Shown here: positions 59,625 to 64,000 of the stretch, piece after piece
How the letters are laid out: each line of letters starts with the position of its first letter
How positions within the stretch are numbered: position 1 is the first letter of the stretch
Source: Caulobacteraceae bacterium
GTDB lineage: Bacteria > Pseudomonadota > Alphaproteobacteria > Caulobacterales > Caulobacteraceae
NCBI GenBank assembly: GCA_965284635.1
Contig: OZ260097.1
Location: 2,566,374 to 2,630,373 of the forward strand
Reading direction: 5' to 3'
DNA: 64,000 nucleotides
Made by a program: the position numbers and the translations under genes
The notes under the pieces: generated by a model
Database searches by the model: none
Told to the model about the DNA's origin: nothing
Seen by the model: only the letters and a program-made list of their open reading frames with translations

Positions 59625-60089
59625 ATGTCTCAAGTCTCCCATCGCCTCACCGCCGCGGGCATCGTCCTGCCCGACCCCGTCGCCCCGATCGCCAACTATG
59701 TGCCGTTCGTGCGGGCAGGGGATCTCGTCCATATTTCCGGTCAGGTGTCGCTCGACGCCTCAGGCGGCGTCACCGGCACGGTCGGCGTCGATGTCGACAT
59801 GACCGAGGCCGTACGCGCCGCGCGGCTGTGCGGGATCAACCTGCTGGCCCAGATGCGCGCCGCCTGCGACGGCGACCTCGACCGCGTCGTCCGGGTGGTC
59901 AAGCTGGGCGGCTTCGTCCAAGCCGGGCCGGACTTCTTCGATATTCCCGCCGTGATCAACGGCTGCTCGGACGTGATGGTCGAGGCGTTCGGCGAGGCCG
60001 GTCGCCACGCCCGTTCGGCCGTGGGCGTCTACCGCCTGCCGCGCAACTTCTCCGTCGAGGTCGACGCCATCGTGGAGATCGCCCGATGA
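59625..60089 (+). CDS. RidA family protein
   Basis: APIANYVP...HISGQ...NGCSD...GRHARSAVGV..LP.NFSVEVD. Confidence 0.93.
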   Translation: MSQVSHRLTAAGIVLPDPVAPIANYVPFVRAGDLVHISGQVSLDASGGVTGTVGVDVDMTEAVRAARLCGINLLAQMRAACDGDLDRVVRVVKLGGFVQAGPDFFDIPAVINGCSDVMVEAFGEAGRHARSAVGVYRLPRNFSVEVDAIVEIAR

Positions 60090-60859
60090 AAGCCAAAGCC
60101 CGCCCCGAACCCGCCGCCTTCGGCGAGGCCTGGGAACTGCTGTTCAGCCCGGCCATCGCCCATCGCGGCCTCTGGTCGCCGGACGGCGCGCCGGAGAATT
60201 CCCTGGCCGCCTTCCAGGCCGCCTGCGCCGCCGGCTACGGCATCGAGCTGGACGTGCAGATCACCGCCGACGGCGAGGCCGTGGTGTTCCACGACTACAG
60301 CCTGTCGCGGATGACCGGCGCCGAGGGCAAGGTCGCCGACCGCCTGCTGCATGATCTGCGCGACCTGCGTCTGGCCGGCACGGACGAGCCCATCCCGACC
60401 CTCAGCGAAGTGCTGGTCGAGGTCGGTCACCGGGCCATGGTCCACATCGAGCTGAAGACGCCGTTCGGCGAGGTCGGCCCGCTGGAGAAGCGCGTCAGCG
60501 AGGTGCTGCTCGACCACAACGGCCCGACCTGCGTGATCGGCTTCAACCCCTACAGCCACGCCTGGTTCGCCGACCACCACCCGCAGATCCTGCGCGGCCT
60601 GGACAGCTATGACTGGAAGGACGGCGCGGCCAGCAAGCTGACGCCGGAGATCCGCAAGTCGTTCGCCAATCTCGAGCATGTCGAGCTGGCCCGGCCGGAC
60701 TTCCTGGCGCTCGACGCGAAGATGCTGCCGTCGCCGCGCGCGGACCTGTTCCGGGCCAGGGGCATGCCGGTCATCGCCTGGACGGTGCGCTCGGCCGAGG
60801 AGTGGGACCGGCTCAAGGACCACTGCGACAACCTGATCTTCGAGGGCTTCGCCGCGTGA
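60086..60859 (+). CDS. Glycerophosphodiester phosphodiesterase family protein
   Basis: IAHRGL, PENSLAAF, IELDVQ, VFHD, IAWTVRS, NLIFEGF. Confidence 0.92.
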   Translation: MKAKARPEPAAFGEAWELLFSPAIAHRGLWSPDGAPENSLAAFQAACAAGYGIELDVQITADGEAVVFHDYSLSRMTGAEGKVADRLLHDLRDLRLAGTDEPIPTLSEVLVEVGHRAMVHIELKTPFGEVGPLEKRVSEVLLDHNGPTCVIGFNPYSHAWFADHHPQILRGLDSYDWKDGAASKLTPEIRKSFANLEHVELARPDFLALDAKMLPSPRADLFRARGMPVIAWTVRSAEEWDRLKDHCDNLIFEGFAA

Positions 60860-62007
60860 CACTGACGCCGGCGGTCGCCATCCACCGCCGCATCCGCGAG
60901 ATCGGCCGTGAGGCCTGGGACGCCTGCGCCGGGTCTGAAAACCCGTTCGTGGCGTTCGATTTTCTCGATGCGCTGGAGGAGTCCGGGTCGGTCGGCGACC
61001 GAACGGGCTGGGGCCCCTACCATCTGACCGTGGCCGACGAGGCCGGGCAGGTGGCGGCGGCGATGCCGCTCTATCTGAAGACCCACAGCCAGGGCGAATA
61101 CGTGTTCGACTGGTCGTGGGCCGACGCCTACGAGAAGGCCGGCGGCCGCTACTATCCCAAGCTCCAGTGCGCCTCGCCGTTCTCGCCGGTGACCGGGCCG
61201 CGCCTGCTGGTGCGGCCGGACGTCGACCCGGACGAGGGCCGGCGCATGCTGCTCGGCGGGGCCCTGACCCTGTGCGAGAAGCTCGGCGCCTCCAGCCTGC
61301 ACGTCACCTTTCCGAACGAGACGGACTGGACCTTCCTCGGCAATGCCGGCCTGCTGCAGCGCCAGGACCAGCAGTACCACTGGTTCAACCGCGGCTACGC
61401 CGACTTCGACGCCTTCCTCGCCGACCTGTCGTCGGGCCGGCGCAAGACGGTCAGGCGCGAGCGCCGGCTGGCCCAGGAGGCGGTCGACGAGATCGTCGCC
61501 GTCACCGGCGCGGAGCTGACCGAAGAGCACTGGGACGCCTTCTACGGCTTCTACATGGACACCGGCGGCCGCAAGTGGGGCCGGCCCTACCTGAACCGCG
61601 CCTTCTTCTCGCTGCTCGGCGAGCGGATGGCCGACAAGGTGCTGTTGATCATGGCCCGGAAGGGCGGTCGCTGGGTGGCCGGCGCGCTGAACCTGATCGG
61701 CGGAGACTGCCTGATCGGCCGCAACTGGGGCTGCGTCGAGGACATCCCCTTCCTGCATTTCGAGCTCTGCTACTACCAGGCCATCGAGCACGCGATCCGG
61801 CTGGGCCTGCCGCGCGTCGAGGCCGGCGCCCAGGGCCAGCACAAGATCGCCCGCGGCTACCTGCCGGCCGAGGTCTACTCCGCCCACTGGATCGCCGACC
61901 CGGCCCTGCGCGAGCCGGTGCGCCGCTACCTCGACCAGGAGCGCGCGGCCATCCGCGAGGAGATGGACTGGCTGGCGGAGGAATACTCGCCGTTCAAGGC
62001 GGAGTAG
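60856..62007 (+). CDS. GNAT/FemAB-like protein (DUF482 type)
   Basis: YLKTHSQGEYVFDWSWA...YYPKL...PVTGPRL, HFELCYYQAIE, EAGAQGQHK. Confidence 0.9.
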   Translation: MTLTPAVAIHRRIREIGREAWDACAGSENPFVAFDFLDALEESGSVGDRTGWGPYHLTVADEAGQVAAAMPLYLKTHSQGEYVFDWSWADAYEKAGGRYYPKLQCASPFSPVTGPRLLVRPDVDPDEGRRMLLGGALTLCEKLGASSLHVTFPNETDWTFLGNAGLLQRQDQQYHWFNRGYADFDAFLADLSSGRRKTVRRERRLAQEAVDEIVAVTGAELTEEHWDAFYGFYMDTGGRKWGRPYLNRAFFSLLGERMADKVLLIMARKGGRWVAGALNLIGGDCLIGRNWGCVEDIPFLHFELCYYQAIEHAIRLGLPRVEAGAQGQHKIARGYLPAEVYSAHWIADPALREPVRRYLDQERAAIREEMDWLAEEYSPFKAE

Positions 62008-62089
62008 GGCGGGGGACCAGGGCGCGGGGACATCGTTTGCGCTCTCCGCTGCGATCGCTAGAACAACACGCCTTGCAGGGAGCGCATCC

Positions 62090-62527
62090 ATGAGCCTCGA
62101 CGGCGCCTACGACGACGACAACATCTTCGCGAAAATCGTGCGCGGCGAGATCCCCAGCGTGAAGGTCTGGGAAGACGACCAGGTGCTGGCCTTCATGGAC
62201 GTGTTCCCCCAGTCGAAGGGGCATGTGCTGGTCATCTCCAAGACCTCGAAGGCCCGCAACCTGCTCGACGCCGAGGCCAAGACCATCGGCCGACTGATCG
62301 GGGCGGTGCAGAAGACCGCGCGGGCGGTCAAGGCGGCGCTCAACCCGGACGGCCTGGTGGTCACCCAGTTCAACGGCGCGCCCGCCGGCCAGACCGTGTT
62401 CCACCTGCATTTCCACATCATTCCGCGCTGGGACGGGACGCCGCTTGGCCGCCATGGCGAAGGCATGGCCGATCCGGAAGAGCTCAAGACGCTGGCGGCC
62501 GAAATCGCCGCGCGCCTGGAAGGCTGA
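62090..62527 (+). CDS. HIT family protein
   Basis: NIFAKIVRGEIP, AGQTVFHLHFHIIPR. Confidence 0.95.
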   Translation: MSLDGAYDDDNIFAKIVRGEIPSVKVWEDDQVLAFMDVFPQSKGHVLVISKTSKARNLLDAEAKTIGRLIGAVQKTARAVKAALNPDGLVVTQFNGAPAGQTVFHLHFHIIPRWDGTPLGRHGEGMADPEELKTLAAEIAARLEG

Positions 62528-62639
62528 CGCGAACCGGGTCGCCGGCCGTCCGAAGCAGGAACCCAAGGACATCGTCGCCGGTTTCCTGCTACGCCGTTCG
62601 GGTCTGACGGCGATCTGACCCGCCGCGAGGAGAAGCCTG

Positions 62640-63176
62640 ATGCCTGTCCGACCGATTCTGGCCCTGACGGCCGTCCTGGCCCTGGCTCCGCTGACCGCCC
62701 ACGCCGCCGACTACCGCGTGATGGGCGAGGACGAACGGGCCATCAGCGTCATCGAGGCGGCGATCAAGACGGACGCCGAAGGCCATCGCGAGACGGTGTT
62801 CTTCATCGCGTTTTCCGAACCGGTCGGCGGCCCGGGCGGCACCCAGGTGATCAGTTCGACCATCCTCTTCGACTGCCTGAATGCCCGCTACAAGGTCGGC
62901 GCCTCGAGCAAGTTCACGGCCGGGATGGCGCCCATCGAGCGCGGTACGGTGCAGTACGGCTGGCGCGACGTCGTGCCGGATTCGCCGTTCAGCCGCGCCG
63001 GCGCCTTTGCCTGCAAGGGCGTGGCGCTGCCCAAGGCCGACGCCGGCGAGGTGAAGGCCATTGTCGCGGGCTATCTGGCCCGCCGCGCGGCCCTGGCGCC
63101 CGCGGTCACCCCGCCGGTCGAGACCCCGCCAGCCGAGGCGCCTGTGCAAGCGCCCGCCGAAACACCGACCCCTTAG
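62640..63176 (+). CDS. Secreted hypothetical protein
   Basis: Signal peptide MPVRPILALTAVLALAPLTAHA; AGGAG RBS; Pro-rich tail. Confidence 0.75.
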   Translation: MPVRPILALTAVLALAPLTAHAADYRVMGEDERAISVIEAAIKTDAEGHRETVFFIAFSEPVGGPGGTQVISSTILFDCLNARYKVGASSKFTAGMAPIERGTVQYGWRDVVPDSPFSRAGAFACKGVALPKADAGEVKAIVAGYLARRAALAPAVTPPVETPPAEAPVQAPAETPTP

Positions 63177-63182
63177 CGACGA

Positions 63183-63620
63183 TCAGCGCTTCGTCGCCAC
63201 CAGCAGGGCGCCGGCCGCGACCAGCACTACGCCCAGCCAGTTCTTCAGCGTCAGCCGCTCGCCGAGGAACAGCACCGCGAACACGGCCACCAGCACGACG
63301 CTGAGCTTGTCGATCGGCGCCACCTGGGCCGCAGGGCCCAGCTTGAGCGCGCGGTAGTAGCAGAGCCAGGACGCCCCGGTGGCCAGGCCCGACAGGGTCA
63401 GGAACAGCCAGCTCTTGCCGGAAACAGACGCCAGCGGTTGCCAGGCGCCCGTAGAGGCGACGATCAGGGCCGTGACAGCCAGGATCACCGCCGTGCGGAT
63501 CAGGGTGGCGAAGTCCGAATTGATCGCCTCGACGCCGACCTTGCCGAAGATCGCCGTCAGGGCCGCGAAGGCCGCCGCGAGCAGCGCCCAGGCCTGCCAG
63601 GGAAGAAGGGTCGAAGACAT
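63183..63620 (-). CDS. EamA-family (single-repeat) transporter
   Basis: AAFAALTAIFGKVG, SGLATGASWLCYYRALK, PIDKLSVV. Confidence 0.92.
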   Translation of the reverse strand: MSSTLLPWQAWALLAAAFAALTAIFGKVGVEAINSDFATLIRTAVILAVTALIVASTGAWQPLASVSGKSWLFLTLSGLATGASWLCYYRALKLGPAAQVAPIDKLSVVLVAVFAVLFLGERLTLKNWLGVVLVAAGALLVATKR

Positions 63621-63662
63621 GGTCCGAGCATCGGCGCTCGGGGCCGTCGGACGCAAGGGCGT

Positions 63663-64000
63663 TCAGGCGGCTTCGGTCAGCTCCTGGGTCGCCAGCACCT
63701 GAAGGGCGGACTGCAGCAGCTCTTCCTGCCGGATCGGCTTGGCGATGTGGCCGTTCATGCCGGCCGCGAGGCAGCGCTCGATGTCCTCGGGCATGGCGGC
63801 GGCGGTCATGGCGATCACGGGAACCGTCGCGGCCGGGCCATCGAGCGCCCGGATCGCCCGGCAGGCGGTCAGGCCGTCCATGACCGGCATGTGCAGGTCC
63901 ATGAAGACGAGATCGAACGGCTCGGTCCGGACAGCCTCGAGGGCCAGCGCCCCGTTCTCCACGGACGCGACCTCGAAGCCGGCAGCCTCGAGCATCAGCG
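63663..64000 (-). CDS. Receiver domain, C-terminus of a response regulator or hybrid kinase (5' part outside window)
   Basis: FDLVFMDLHMPVMDG, PVIAMTA, GHIAKP. Confidence 0.9.
   Translation of the reverse strand, partial: LMLEAAGFEVASVENGALALEAVRTEPFDLVFMDLHMPVMDGLTACRAIRALDGPAATVPVIAMTAAAMPEDIERCLAAGMNGHIAKPIRQEELLQSALQVLATQELTEAA

Overview
High-GC alphaproteobacterial chromosome segment, most consistent with Caulobacteraceae (spmX, mipZ, phasin, ATP12 chaperone, CtrA-type boxes). It opens with the end of the spc/alpha ribosomal operons (secY, adk, rpsM, rpsK, rpoA, rplQ). An accessory island (~3.55-11.25 kb) follows directly after the rplQ terminator. It carries a partly decayed LysR/SbtA/TerB/TerC module, two secreted proteins, a membrane-anchored DUF559 nuclease and a DJ-1/PfpI gene. 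These blocks are separated by same-orientation copies of a 28-bp imperfect palindrome (RATGTCCGC-N12-GCGGACA), which gives a cassette-array-like layout although no integrase is visible. The rest is mostly core genome: ABC transporter, NPP phosphodiesterase, VOC-ArsR-SRPBCC, MFS, degQ, rarA, two RluA-family synthases, crcB, DUF1800/DUF1501, ATP12, propionyl-CoA carboxylase, lipB, msrB, tRNA-Leu(GAG), mgtE, spmX, leucine catabolism genes, panC, mipZ, a DD-carboxypeptidase, phasin and others. Intergenic spaces hold at least five families of palindromic repeats, some nested and some supplying stop codons, C-terminal residues or an RBS to neighbouring genes. No CRISPR array, rRNA, transposase or prophage was seen. 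All family assignments come from reading motifs by eye; no database search was run, and several start codons were re-picked from the ORF track using RBS and gene-overlap evidence.
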